DNA from: the human T2T-CHM13v2.0 reference genome, Homo sapiens
Assembly: GCF_009914755.1 (NCBI RefSeq)
Contig: NC_060925.1
DNA length: 64,000 nt
Reading direction: 5' to 3' (one strand)
Translations under genes and position numbers: made by a program
Part shown: one piece after another, positions 10,901 to 23,499 of the stretch
Layout: every line of letters starts with the position of its first letter
How positions within the stretch are numbered: the first letter of the stretch is position 1
Notes under the pieces: model-generated
Told to the model about the DNA's origin: nothing
Databases searched by the model: none
The model's input: only the letters and a program-made list of their open reading frames with translations

Positions 10901-13900
10901 ATTCGATACATGGGTTTTTTTTTTTCCTTCCTATTTTAAAGGGCTGTAACAGGAATTCAATTGCAGTAAAAATGAATATATTTGAAAAAAATGTTGATGA
11001 TCTATGCAAGTGTAAAGCACTATTATTATGATTATTATCCTTCAATTCAATTTTTTCACTCTTATCCAGATACTGGTGTTCTTTTAAAAAAATGGTTTGT
11101 GGATAAAAGACAAGCTGAGAGGAACAGTGTTTAAGAAAACTGAAGCAGACAGTGGAAAGCTAATCTTGCTTTATTGGTTTCCAGCTTTGTGGTATTTGGT
11201 AAGTCAGCAAATAAAACCAATCAGTTCCAATTAACTTTTCTGAAAGTAAAGAACCAAAAATAAAAGAGCAAGTTATATGCGTATTTTTTAAAACCTTCTC
11301 AGTGCTGAAAAAGCCACAGAAATTTGTATAGTTAAAAAAATATATGCAGTGACAGTACTAACAAAATGCTAATTGCTACCTGAAACAACACTCATAAGAT
11401 ACACCAGTGACTGGGAAAGAGCAAGGTCCCTGCGTTTCTGTGGGTATTACTAATGGTTTACCCATCCAGATGCTATTTGCAAGGATACCCGAAGGAGTGC
11501 TGCTGTGTGGTTACCAAGAAAAAAAGCAGATTTCCAAGGGCTGCACCCTAAATTCAGCAATAATGTCACCTCCAAAAATAGCAACAAAAAAGAAGGGACT
11601 TAAATCTACTCATCGTATGAAGCTATCAATTAATAAAGCTGACATAGCAGCAGCTACCAGAAATTGCCTCAATGCCACTGGTGGAATGACTATTCTCAGA
11701 AAGACACACACATAAAGGGAAAACCCACAACTGGACATAACCCTGAAAGTGTAGGGAGATAGGCTGGAAGTCAGGACACTCAATTTAACTGCAGAAGAGA
11801 CTTCTCAAGGTTCAAGGTTTAAGACACAATTAATCCATTCCTTATTTTTTAAAAAAATTCACTCCTTCTCTATGTGCCTTTAAAACCAGAATTCTCCAGG
11901 ACCGATCTCCTAGAAGCTTAGTTTCACAAGCAGCTCCTCAGAGTCCTGCTCACTGTCATGCAACTTCATGCTTTCCTATAAAGCATAGAGGGAACTAGCA
12001 CATGTCTAGCTTTTAAAAGTGTTAAAATATAGGAAACATGTAAAATAGTCAATTTAAGCTTAACATCCAAACAATTTCCCCTTTCTGTCGGCTTACCCCA
12101 TCAATTTCTTCTCTTCACCCACAGTTTCTCTTAGTTTGCTGAGCAACCCGTGTCTTAAAATCCAAACATACAGACTAGTGTGCCTGTTTTAATACCCACA
12201 TGTCTCAAACAGGAATACCTCACATATGTTAATGAACCTGACAATTTCTTGTCTAATAATTGTAGCTTAGTTGGATTCCAAATTGCTGTTATAATTAATA
12301 AACAAGAGCTTACTAGCTGAAAAGGGGAAAAAATAGAATTGGTGAGCTTCTGCTGCACTACTGTATATTATAATTCTCTTCACTATGGAGATTTTCATCT
12401 CTGTGAAATTTGGGAAAGGGGTAAGATACATGCTAATTTTTTGAAGTTCACACCTTCTAGCAAAACCATCCAAATCATTTTGGTGTGCAGAGATTTTATT
12501 TCTAATCTTTCTGTGCAAAATGCTTTGTTAAATCCTGATGACAACTTTTATGCATAATGCATAAAATAAACTTTGCCAAAATCTGAGGCACTCTTATAAG
12601 CATGTAAACCCCTTTAGAAGCAAAATGACACATTACAGGGTATGTAGTTGCAGTACACTTGGAAAACTACACTGCAAGGCCGACGGAAAGCATTGTGCTC
12701 CATGTCATTAACTTCCAAATATCTAATATGTGTAGTTACCTTGGTTTACTTGCATTCAAAATTGCATGCTATTTCTTATGAGATTCTTCATATATTGATG
12801 CCTAGTTTATGTAGTACATAAATTCAGTTCTGTCTTCAACACTTCTGAGAATCTTCACACTTTAAAAAGACCAGATACTTATTTTATATAACCGAGAAAA
12901 TCTTGTCACTGACCAAAAAAATAATTTTAAAAATGTTTTTTTGTGTATATAAATTAGTATTTCTATACATGTGCCTATCATTTGATAAATCATATAGGTA
13001 ACCCCAGTTCAAATCTTATGACTGTTTTTGCTTAGTTAAAACCATAAAAATAGAGACCAGAAAGGAATAAGACTTAGAATTCAAAAGTAGGTGCTATAAA
13101 TCCTGCAAGAGCCAAATAAATAAATAAATAAATATCAGAATAGTAATGTATCACTAGCCAGTGTCACCAAGATGATTTGTTTTACTCCTCTAATCTTTAC
13201 CGTATCTAAGCTGACTATAATAAATGAATAATTGCTTTGCATACAGAGCAGTTAATTGAAAAACCGCACCAAGTATAAAACCAAGAAATCATAACACAAA
13301 ATACAAGGTTTCATCAGTGTTTAGGAACTTGTCTTTGTCAATATTTTTAAGGTTCAGCGTAAATGATACTGTTTACTATCATATATCATAGACCATCATG
13401 AATTATGTTAGGTGTCCCATGAATATTAATGGTCTTAAGTTACAAGATATTTCATCAACACACATCCAGGTGTAAAATTCTGATGGAGTTTGGCTTCCTC
13501 ATAAAAGAAAATGGTGCGATCTAAGTGAGCTTTACCTTGAAGGCCAAGTTTCTCAGGGCAGGCCCTATTCAGAAGGCGTGTGCGAATTTGACAAAGCGTG
13601 GGCATTCCCTTGAATGCGGAAGGTGTGGCCTCTAGCTCATAGGCAGATTGTTTTTCAAAGTTCCCCTCTGGACATTCATTTACCATTGTGTGTACAAAAC
13701 AATTCAAATCCTAAGAGGGGGGTGTATATTAGAATGCAGAAACAAAAACTGCATTGTTGATTTCAAACAGTGTTTTCCTGGGAGAGCACACATTTGTGTA
13801 GCCATCCCACAGTGGACAAAATAATTCCAAAAATTAGTTGAATGAAAACAAGGGCACAAAGATGAGTGGTTAATTATTTGGGCCAGTGAAAAATGTCCTT

Positions 13901-14225
13901 TCTGGAAAATCTTTCAAAACCTATGGCACTTGAATTTGCATGAAAGTTGTATTCTATGAATATTTCTTTATTGAAAATAAAGCACTTCAGGCTCAGTTCA
14001 ATAATAACAGCTTACAGGAGAGTAATTGAAGTTATCCAATTCTCTTCCCATTGAAAATGACCTACAGTATATACACACAGAGATGCAGGAAAAAAAAATC
14101 TGTTGTGCAATTTTATTGAGACTGAAGTAAAAAGGAATTGGGGTTAGGCACTGTGTGAGCATTTAACGCACACCAAATGATGATATGGTCGGGAAAAATT
14201 ATCCCTTTTTCTTTACGTTCCTTTT

Positions 14226-14314
14226 CCAAATTCTCATCTTGTTCCACCCCCTGCTGAGCTCCTATTGACTTCAAAGAGAGGTCCATGGGGGTCCTGAGCA
14301 AGATGAGAATTTGG
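14226..14314. repeat. 89-bp imperfect palindrome (ancient hairpin-type repeat)
   Basis: Perfect 16-bp arms ccaaattctcatcttg (14226-14241) and caagatgagaatttgg (14299-14314). Inner pairings are accccc/gggggt and ttga/tcaa. Confidence 0.9.
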
Positions 14315-15974
14315 CCCTGCATGCATAATTTTTGTGCTCCCTTATTCATAACATACACAATAAGCACGGGATTTGAAAAGGCTCTAACAGAGGCTGATAA
14401 TGGCTCCTGCACGATCACGTTATCTTCTTAGTATACTGAAAGGTATCACCAATTGTACCAGTGGAAACACTGAAAACTCTGAGGAAAAGGCCATGCCAAG
14501 TCTTTATTATTATTCCCATCTATCATTATTACTCATGCCAATAATAACAATATTTATGTAGTATTAGAATCACAATCTCATTACTGTAACTTTTATAAGA
14601 CCACAGGCATATCTGAATCTTTGTAATCAGGAGGCCATACAGAAAATTCTAAAATCTTCTCCCAGGAAATCTCACCATCTCAAGGTACAAGAAGACATCA
14701 TGTGGACCAGCACACCACAGCAATAACATGAAATTACAGTGGACGATGGTGAAGAAATAATAGGTGGGTAAAGCTACTTTTTAGAATACTGGTAGGGAAG
14801 ACAAAGTCACTCTATTCCAGGACTGCAAATGACACAGAGGCTACTAGATGGAAAGTTAAGGAGAGATAATGCTGGGGTGGGGCTGGGGGTTGAACTAGCA
14901 AACTATTCTAGCATTGTGGAAGAATAATATGTTGCTGGAGGGAGTTAACAATGTTAGCTAACAACATAATGGAATCTGACCATTTTGAGAAGAAAATATA
15001 TCATAACATTTGGTTGATTATTCACAAATGGCAACATTCAGTCACATTCAAACAAATGAGGGCAGGTAAAGATAAATAAGTTTCCCTAGTAGGCATTTTG
15101 GTCCATCATTATTTCTTCCTATAAAGTTTTTACCTATATATGTGGTGAATCTAATATTGCCTTATTATCACTGTCCTAATGAATAATTCTTCCCAAACCA
15201 TGATGCCTTGCTGTAACCTATCCTGTACTATGACAGACAGACAAGACTGTGAAATAGCTGAGCAACTCATTTACTTACATAATTTTTAGATATTCATCAT
15301 TTTCAACATTTATTGATATTCAGGATCTTTAAAAGCAACTGATATCTCATTCCACATAAGGTGCATTTGTAACTTAGATGTGCAGCAAGTGCTATCCTCT
15401 ATTTGTAGATATATAATGCCTGCAATGTACAGGAGGTAGTCAACAAAAGCTTTAAAATGATATCACATCTATGAAGCACATTATGTTTTCTTTAAAAAGC
15501 AGCTTCACATGTATTATTTTTATTTAATCTTCTCAACAATATTATGGGTCAGTAGAAAAGAAAATAGAACCTTGATTACCAAGGAACCTTCCAACAGACC
15601 TCTTTGCCCTAACAGATATGCCACTTAATTAAGAATTAGACATATTTCTTCATTTGTCACTGACTTTACTTTCCTGGATATGTTGCATTATCCCCAGCAT
15701 GTGACCTTTCTCTCAGCTTTTAGCATTACTATTATCATGTATATACACAAAAGGAAAAAAAAAATAACAGTCACTATTGTAGGTGTTGAGTCCAGTAGTA
15801 TGCATACCTCACTTTGACTTCTTTGAGATAAACATTATGTAGACACAGTGTTATCTTTTGTTCTAGTTATATGGTTCAATAGCGCCTGCTTCTGAGTACT
15901 CAATAGGGAAAATGAGGTTTGCTCTCTACCCTCTTGTTTTTCTTTCTTTGGTTTACTATTTAAAATGAAATCCT

Positions 15975-16075
15975 TCAACTTGTGGCTCTCTGTGCCCCCA
16001 GCACCTAAGTACTTAGTACATAATCAGCCACTGATAAGTTCATTGTAAAATGAATCAACCAATGAATGGAGGATG
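15975..16075 (+). mobile_element. L2 3' end
   Basis: cccagcacctaagtacttagtacataatcagccactgataagttcattgtaaaatgaat. Confidence 0.6.
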
Positions 16076-16177
16076 CATTTATTGTGTGTAGAAACACCCT
16101 TTAAAACAATTACTTGAGTCATCTGCATTTAAGAAGTTACTCTCAACTTGAAGCCAATTTAAAATGTTAGGATCTAT

Positions 16178-16180
<3 letters not shown>

Positions 16181-16230
<50 letters not shown>

Positions 16231-16234
16231 CGCG
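16181..16234 (+). repeat. (TG)21(CG)6 compound microsatellite
   Basis: Read directly from the sequence. Confidence 0.98.
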
Positions 16235-16896
16235 CCTGGGACACCACTGTCGGCATTTAAAGCTGGACCCAACAAGGAGAATTTAAGACATAGACACAGA
16301 ATTATAACCCAGGATTTTCCCTGGTCTGCCAGGAAAGAAGCTCCATTTTGGAGGCCTTTTCTACTTGTCTTTCTGTTGTGGAACCCACAGCAAAACACAA
16401 CACACAGGCGAACATCACATGTAAATGGATAAAGCACGTAGCATGCAACTGTCTCACATTCTCACAGCCTTAAGTAGTAGAAGATTATCCCTTTAACGAG
16501 GATAATTTTATTTTTCACTAGATATCTATCAAAGGAAAGATTACCACACAGCAGCTGGAACACTGGAACCTACATAATGTATTGCACATTTTAATCATGT
16601 TGGATAAAACACTCTTTCTATGGATATCAATTATACTAATGACTCATATAATACTCTCATGTGCCTACGGGATACGTATTGTCACCTCTCTTTTGTCATA
16701 AAAATAGTTAGTAGCTCTGGATCCACACTGAAGTAGTTGCTTTCATTTTTATATAATGAATGAGTAACACTGTAAAAAAAGACATTTTATCCCATATTAG
16801 TTTAACAGAGTGAAGAGATTTCACATATGACAGTACTAAATATACTCTTAAGCTGCTAATAAAGCCAAAGCCTGCAGGGAAAAATTCAAATGATGA

Positions 16897-17321
<425 letters not shown>

Positions 17322-18081
17322 TAGGAATAGGGATTTCTAATAATTTCATTTCCAATAAATCTCCCTAGTCAATTTGGAATCATTTTATTTGCAATAAATC
17401 TCCTCAGTCAGCCTAAGCGATGAGCACATTTTTTTTTCTCTTTTCCCAGAGTGCAATGTTATGGAGGAAACGTCTTTGAATGCGTCCTTAAAATTAATCA
17501 TGACAGCAGAAGGTATGATTCATAGCCAAACTACTGCATGCTTCCTTTTTGTCAACAGAACAAGAATTTCTGCTAGAATGGTTGAAGATTATTCACCCAT
17601 AAATGAAGACGTGACCAAATCCTCAGGTGGTGTTCTAGAAATGCAGCAACAGAGGGCCCATCAGTGCCCCATTCTTCAGGGTACCTGCTAGCAAGGCTAG
17701 AGTTAAAGCTTTATGAGAATTTCCATTATAAACTTCTAGTTTCCAGGTTTAATAAATCAGTCATAAAAATGTGCTCAAAGCTGAAACTTGGCAAAGCAAT
17801 TTAAAGAAAAGAAAAAAACTTCTGCCTGGTCATTTTTAAGTAACACAAGTATAAAAAGATAAAGCTAGGAGTCTCAGAAGCATTCCCCCTACAAATAGTT
17901 CTGAAGGCACATGATTTTAATTACATAGAAAATCAGTCAAGTGATTGGTCCACGTAGAATCAGAATATTTGGGGTGGCTGGAAGAAAAAGGTAAAAATAA
18001 TGAAGTTATTTAAATTCCACCTAGAAGCTTTTAGATGTGCATTTTGAATACCATATCCTCTTCAGTTCACCAGAGTTTTTG

Positions 18082-18111
<30 letters not shown>
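18082..18111 (+). repeat. Isolated A30 homopolymer
   Basis: Read directly. No Alu or L1 body lies immediately upstream. Confidence 0.95.
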
Positions 18112-18115
<4 letters not shown>

Positions 18116-18677
18116 ACTGGATCATCGCCTGCTTCTCCTTTTGTTCACCTAAATATGATATCCCTCTGAAAAGATCTTGGAAAATTCTAATTTAAGCTCT
18201 GACATTTATAAGGTGTGTATACACTTAATTATTTATGTAGCAAAAATGGAATTACCTATATTCATAGAAGTTTCTGGTTTCTCTGATTTATCTTTATAAA
18301 AATTGCTTCTATTCTTTTGTGGGTTAACTCATTTAAACAGGTCAATAGATCCATTTGAACACTAAATCTTCAGGTACATACTGAATGTTTCTTGAATTCT
18401 ATTAATACAATCAAATAGAATATTTTTAGCTGGTCATGTGTCCTGTCCAAGTCTGATGGCCATGGGAAACACGGATGATTTTGCCTCAGCAGTCCAAACC
18501 TTAACTTAAACATGAGGACTAAGAAAACATTTTTAAGGCAAAAGTCATTGTAACTTAAATTTCTTCCCTTTCCCCCAAAATGGAGACCTAATTCCTTGGT
18601 ATATACAGATTGATTTTTGACTATTTAGGATATATCCTGGAGGTTCATGAAGTTCTTATTTTAAAATGTTTGCTCAT

Positions 18678-18978
18678 GGCCGGGTGTGGTGGCTCTCACG
18701 CCTGTAATCCCAGCATTTTGGGAGGCCAAGGTGGGCAGATTGCTTGAGCACAGAAGTTCGAGAGAACAGCCTGGTCAACATGGCGAAACCCGTCTCTACC
18801 AAAAATACAAAAAAGTAGCTGAGCGTGGTGGCACATGTCTATGGTCCCAGCTACTTAGGGGGCTGAGGTTAGAGGATCACCGGAGCTTGGAAAGTTGAGT
18901 CTGCAGTGAGCCAAGATCACACCTCAGCACTCCAGCCTGGGTGACAGAATGGGACCCTGTCTCAAAAAAATAAATAAT
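18678..18978 (+). mobile_element. AluJ (Jb-like)
   Basis: Diverged dimer with J-type gattgcttgag and gaggatcac. 15-bp TSD aaaatgtttgctcat at 18663-18677 and 18979-18993. Confidence 0.95.
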
Positions 18979-19214
18979 AAAATGTTTGCTCATGTTCATT
19001 CTGAAATTGGTATGTAGGAAGAATGACTTAGTGAGCAAGCCTAGCTACATGCTCAGAATCCTCATCCTAACTTAGCTGTTTTCTAATCATGTTTTTGAAA
19101 CCAGTAATAACATCTTTGTTTTCTTTGTGCCCCTTAAAAGAAAGGTAACTGGTGTTGAAAGTAACATAGACTAAAAATGAATCACTATTTGTCATAAAAC
19201 AAAGGAGCAATATA

Positions 19215-19460
19215 ATATAGTGTTTCTTGTCTCTGAAATTATACTGCCTGGGTTCAAATCCCCGATTCATTCATTCAGTTTGTGTGACTCTGGTCAGATT
19301 ATTTAATTACCCTAATAATGGTCAATTTACTCATCTGAAAAAAGAGTGAAAAAAATAAGAACATGTCCTCATAAGGTTTCTGTGAGAATTAAATGAGCTT
19401 CAGCACTTATCAGAGTGTCTGCCATAGTGTCCAGTATAATGTTAATATTGTAATTACCAT
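19215..19460 (+). mobile_element. MIR
   Basis: actgcctgggttcaaatccc...tgtgtgactctggtcagattatttaa...tgtgagaattaaatgag. Confidence 0.75.
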
Positions 19461-19661
19461 CACCAGCATCATCAAGTTATAGACATGAAAATTAGAAATA
19501 CTCGAGGATCTGAAGATAATCTTTTATACTTATGTAACAAATATTTATGTTATTAAGTATTCATTGCATATTGAAAATATATTAAAGGATGTTATGGTTC
19601 ATGTAGTCTTGTTCGTATGATCTCTGACCTTAAAAATCTTTTACTAAAGATGAAAAACATA

Positions 19662-19932
<271 letters not shown>

Positions 19933-20339
19933 CTAGTTACTGAACTAATGTAGATGAAGATAAAAATTACACTAGCAGCCTCAGTTCCTCAATTTTCACA
20001 GATATAAAGTAGGTTATTCACCCAGCAATGTATTGATCCATTCTTGACTTCTTGGCTCCCTTGTGACCTTGGCCTCTGCATGGTCTATCCTACCTAATAC
20101 TTAATGCCTTCAAGAATAATGACTCTATATACATATTCACTGTTCACCTCAAAGCTGCAACTCTTCTTCTTTCTTTCCTCTACTGGCTTAGTTCTCAGGA
20201 TTCAACTTCCACATTCACTTCTCCTCCCTCATCCTTATCTGTTGCCCTATCTAACAGGGATCCTAACAGAACCCCAGCCCAATTATGGTGAAGTAAAGAG
20301 AGCTCCTACTTCTCTGTCTTTGCTTTTATGATCCTCCTC

Positions 20340-20714
20340 TGTATTAGTCTGTTTTCAGGCTGCTGATAAAGACATACCCTAGACTGGGCAATTTACAAAA
20401 GAAAGAGGTTTAATTGGACTTACAGTTCCACATGGCTGAGGGAGCCTCACAATCATGGCAGAAGGCAAGGAGGAGCAACTCATGTCTTACATGGATGGCA
20501 GCAGACAAAGAGAGAGTGAGCTTGTGTAGGAGAACTCCTCTTTATAAAACCATCAGATCTCATGAGACTTATTCACTATTATGAGAACAGTATGGAGGAA
20601 ACTGCCCCCCACGATTCAATTATCTCCCACCAGGTCCCTCTCACAATATTTGGGAATTATGGGAGTACAACTCAAGATGAGATTTGGGTGGGGATGCAGA
20701 GGCAAATCATATCA
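20340..20714 (-). mobile_element. THE1 (THE1B-like) solo LTR
   Basis: tgtattagtctgttttcaggctgctgataaagacatacc...gagatttgggtgggg...atatca with TG..CA ends. 5-bp TSD tcctc at 20335-20339 and 20715-20719. Confidence 0.96.
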
Positions 20715-21059
20715 TCCTCCTAGGACTGGAGTGTTGTTCCATACTTAGACCCATTATCTGATTCCAGTACAAAATCTCTGGATAATTACCATCTCTTTCC
20801 AGCTGCTACATTTCTATTGCTTTGTCTGCAAGATATGGAATGTCTATTACTAGTCTTTTTCAGAATCATTATGACTAAGCCCTCTTGGTCATTTGCCTAG
20901 TCAACCTACAACACTTCCAGAGTCTGTCTCTGCAACTTGTTTCCCACCTGTACCTCTGGGAGCCCCAGATAACTCCCACCAAAGATATCCCAAGATTTTA
21001 CAGCTCCCATCCTCTATGTCAAATAATTTCTTTTCCATCTCCATTTTTCAATTCCTTTT

Positions 21060-21189
21060 TGCTATTCATGCTCCCTCTCACTCAACCCATTCAAGACAAA
21101 ACTTTCAAGTACAACTTGCCCTTCCTGCTATTCATGCTCCATCTCACTCAACCCATTCAAGTCAAAACTTTAAGCACAACTTGCCCTTC
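21060..21189 (+). repeat. Two-copy ~65-bp tandem duplication
   Basis: 21060-21124 and 21126-21189 differ by 3 substitutions and 1 indel. Confidence 0.95.
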
Positions 21190-21239
21190 GTCAATGAAGC
21201 CAAAGGTTTCACGTCCACCCATTAGTCACAGCAGGGATA

Positions 21240-21790
21240 GTTCAATTTACATTAGCTTAGCCTTTAAACATCTTTATCAATGACTTGGATGAAAATTTAG
21301 AAATCATATTCATCAAATTGGTGTATGACACAAAGTTGGCAGGAATCACTAATATGTTAGATGATAGAATTAAGATTGTTAAAGGAGCTGACAGATGAAA
21401 ATGATACGTTGAAACTATCATGGTGATCAAATCAAATCTGGAATATTGGGTTTAGTTCTGAGCAAGAACAAGTTAAATTACATCCAAAAAACTATAATGA
21501 TGAAATATAATAATAATAAAGATCCCTGCATATGAGGAATGACTGAAATATCTGAGACTATTTTTCTCAGATAAAGACTGAGGAGTCAAACCAACCATTT
21601 TTTACATACTACGAAGGCTCTGATTTGGAAGAGTGACTGTTCTTATTCAGCATATTTCCAGAAAGTTTGACCAGGGGCAGTGAATGTAAATTATAAGTAG
21701 ATTTCTAATCATTCAAAGTAATTTTTTTCAAATAATCAGAACTTTCTAAAAAAGAGACAATTACCCTCATGAAGTGCTGAGTTTTCCCAT
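21240..21790 (+). mobile_element. L3/CR1 LINE remnant with reverse-transcriptase fragment
   Basis: From 21267 it translates as NIFINDLDENLEIIFIKLVYDTKLAGITNMLDDRIKI, matching the CR1 RT signature NIFINDLD...KFADDTKLGG. Stops follow. Confidence 0.85.
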
Positions 21791-22039
21791 TTTCTCAGCT
21801 TAATCTCTGTATACCTTCTTCAAGCAAAGCCAGTGACCCTCGTATATCTTTCATGTGGACTTCTTTCCAGACCTCTAGATTCAAATTCCAGCTGGATTTC
21901 CAATAGGTTCTTCAAAGCAGATTCACTATCTGAACATCCTAACGTGTTCCTATTTTGGGCTGCCTATTACACTTCAGTCACCTAAGACAGAAATTTGAAG
22001 TGCCTCATTTCTCCCTATTCTTCTTGATAATGATGACAA

Positions 22040-22255
22040 TAAAAGCAACTATTTTCCATTGAGTTTTTACTATCTAGAGTCTGTGCTAAATTTTATATAA
22101 CATCCCTTCATATAATCTTTACAGTAACTTTGTAATGTGTGCATTATTATTCTCATTTAATAGAGGAAGCTGAGGCTTATAAACAGCAGGGCCTGAATTT
22201 ATATTCAAGGCATCTGACTCTAAAGGCAATATGATTACCCCGTCTACTACACAGC
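22040..22255 (-). mobile_element. MIR
   Basis: cattgagtttttactat...ctgtgctaaattttatata...attattattctcatttaatagaggaagctgaggct. Confidence 0.7.
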
Positions 22256-22299
22256 CTTTCCTATTAGTCAACTATTCTACCTCAGAAAGCTCCTCACTG

Positions 22300-23235
22300 C
22301 AGTCTTCTCACGTGGGCTCTGGCTCTTAACACGGCTGGCTTCTCTCATCCTTCATGTGGCAACTTGGATGTCATCTTAACTAGAAGACCCCCTTCCCCTT
22401 ATTCTCTTTCATGGTGACTGATCATTTCCTCCATGGTGCTCACCATTATCAGTTGCTTTATAGATAGATATGTACATATGTATATGTATGTACATGTATG
22501 TATTTACTTGTTCATTGCCCAATTCTCCCAAAGGAATGGAAGTTCTGTGTGGGAGGACTTGCTATCTTCTTCTTAATTTCCAGCACAGAAAATGCTGATA
22601 ACTTGCTCAAGCAAAATTAATATTTGTTGATTGACCAGTTGATATACATTTTACTCTGCCCCTTAGGTGTAGTCTTTCCACCACTGATATTCAAGCTTTT
22701 GTCATCTTCCTTGGATAATACTAACAGCCAGTTATCTTGTCTCCAATCTCTTCCAACTTGAATCCAAATAGAGAAAAAATCATGCCCATGTTCCTGCTCA
22801 AAACTCTTCAATGGCTCCTCTTTGACTACAGAATAAGTCAAAACAAGATCTTAACGGGGAATTCAAAATTCGATGTTAACACCACAACCTCCTATGTGCC
22901 AGCCATACCTCATTACCACTGTTGTCTAGACAACCTGTATAAATTCATGTTCCTGTGTCTCTTTGATATTGTTCTGTTCCAAAGCTTTTTTCTCCCTTTC
23001 CTAAAAAATTACTAATCACTCTTTAGAAATTACCTCCTCTGCAAAGTTTTTCCCAGCTCCATCCTCCAGAGAAAAGTTAAACATTCCCCTACCACGTTTC
23101 CATTGCATTTTGTCTATTATTTTAATATCTATGTCACTGTATTACCGTTAATTATGCACTTTTCTTATCGCCCCAACCAGATTTGAGATTACAGAGGTGG
23201 CATACAATAGTTGCTTAATATGTCATTAAATTTTG
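22300..23235 (+). mobile_element. L2 fragments
   Basis: L2-like phrases ggctggcttctctcatccttca and cctgctcaaaactcttcaatggctcc, plus a 3' end ggcatacaatagttgcttaata. Boundaries approximate. Confidence 0.55.
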
Positions 23236-23499
23236 AATCGAGAAAAAAGTCGAGCTTGATGATATATATTAAATATAAAAGAACATTAGATATCTTTAGT
23301 GATTCTGATTTTTAATGGAAAATTTTTTGGTAGCCCATGGCAGGTTCTTTTAATTTTTATTTTTGCCTACTCATTAAAAGCTGTTAACTTTAAAGAAAAC
23401 ATCTACAGTCCCAAAGCAATGGAAGGACCTATATAAAGATATTGTTGAATTATTAAATGTTGACTCCTATTCAGCAATTGTGTGTTGTTATTTCAATTA

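Noticed and set aside
11407-11715. 102-aa ORF in unique sequence
   Set aside because: GTG start, no recognisable protein similarity, and a length compatible with chance.
13390-13436. agaccat...atggtct inverted repeat
   Set aside because: Only 7 bp pair well, which is expected by chance.
16174-16437. ORFs with CVCV/HTHT runs
   Set aside because: They are translations of the (TG)n(CG)n microsatellite.
21060-21189. Direct repeats as a possible CRISPR-like array
   Set aside because: Only two adjacent copies, no spacers, and a primate genomic context.
20885-21283. 132-aa and 110-aa ORFs with an internal repeat
   Set aside because: The repeat is the 65-bp DNA duplication, which is not frame-preserving. 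There is no recognisable domain or splice context.
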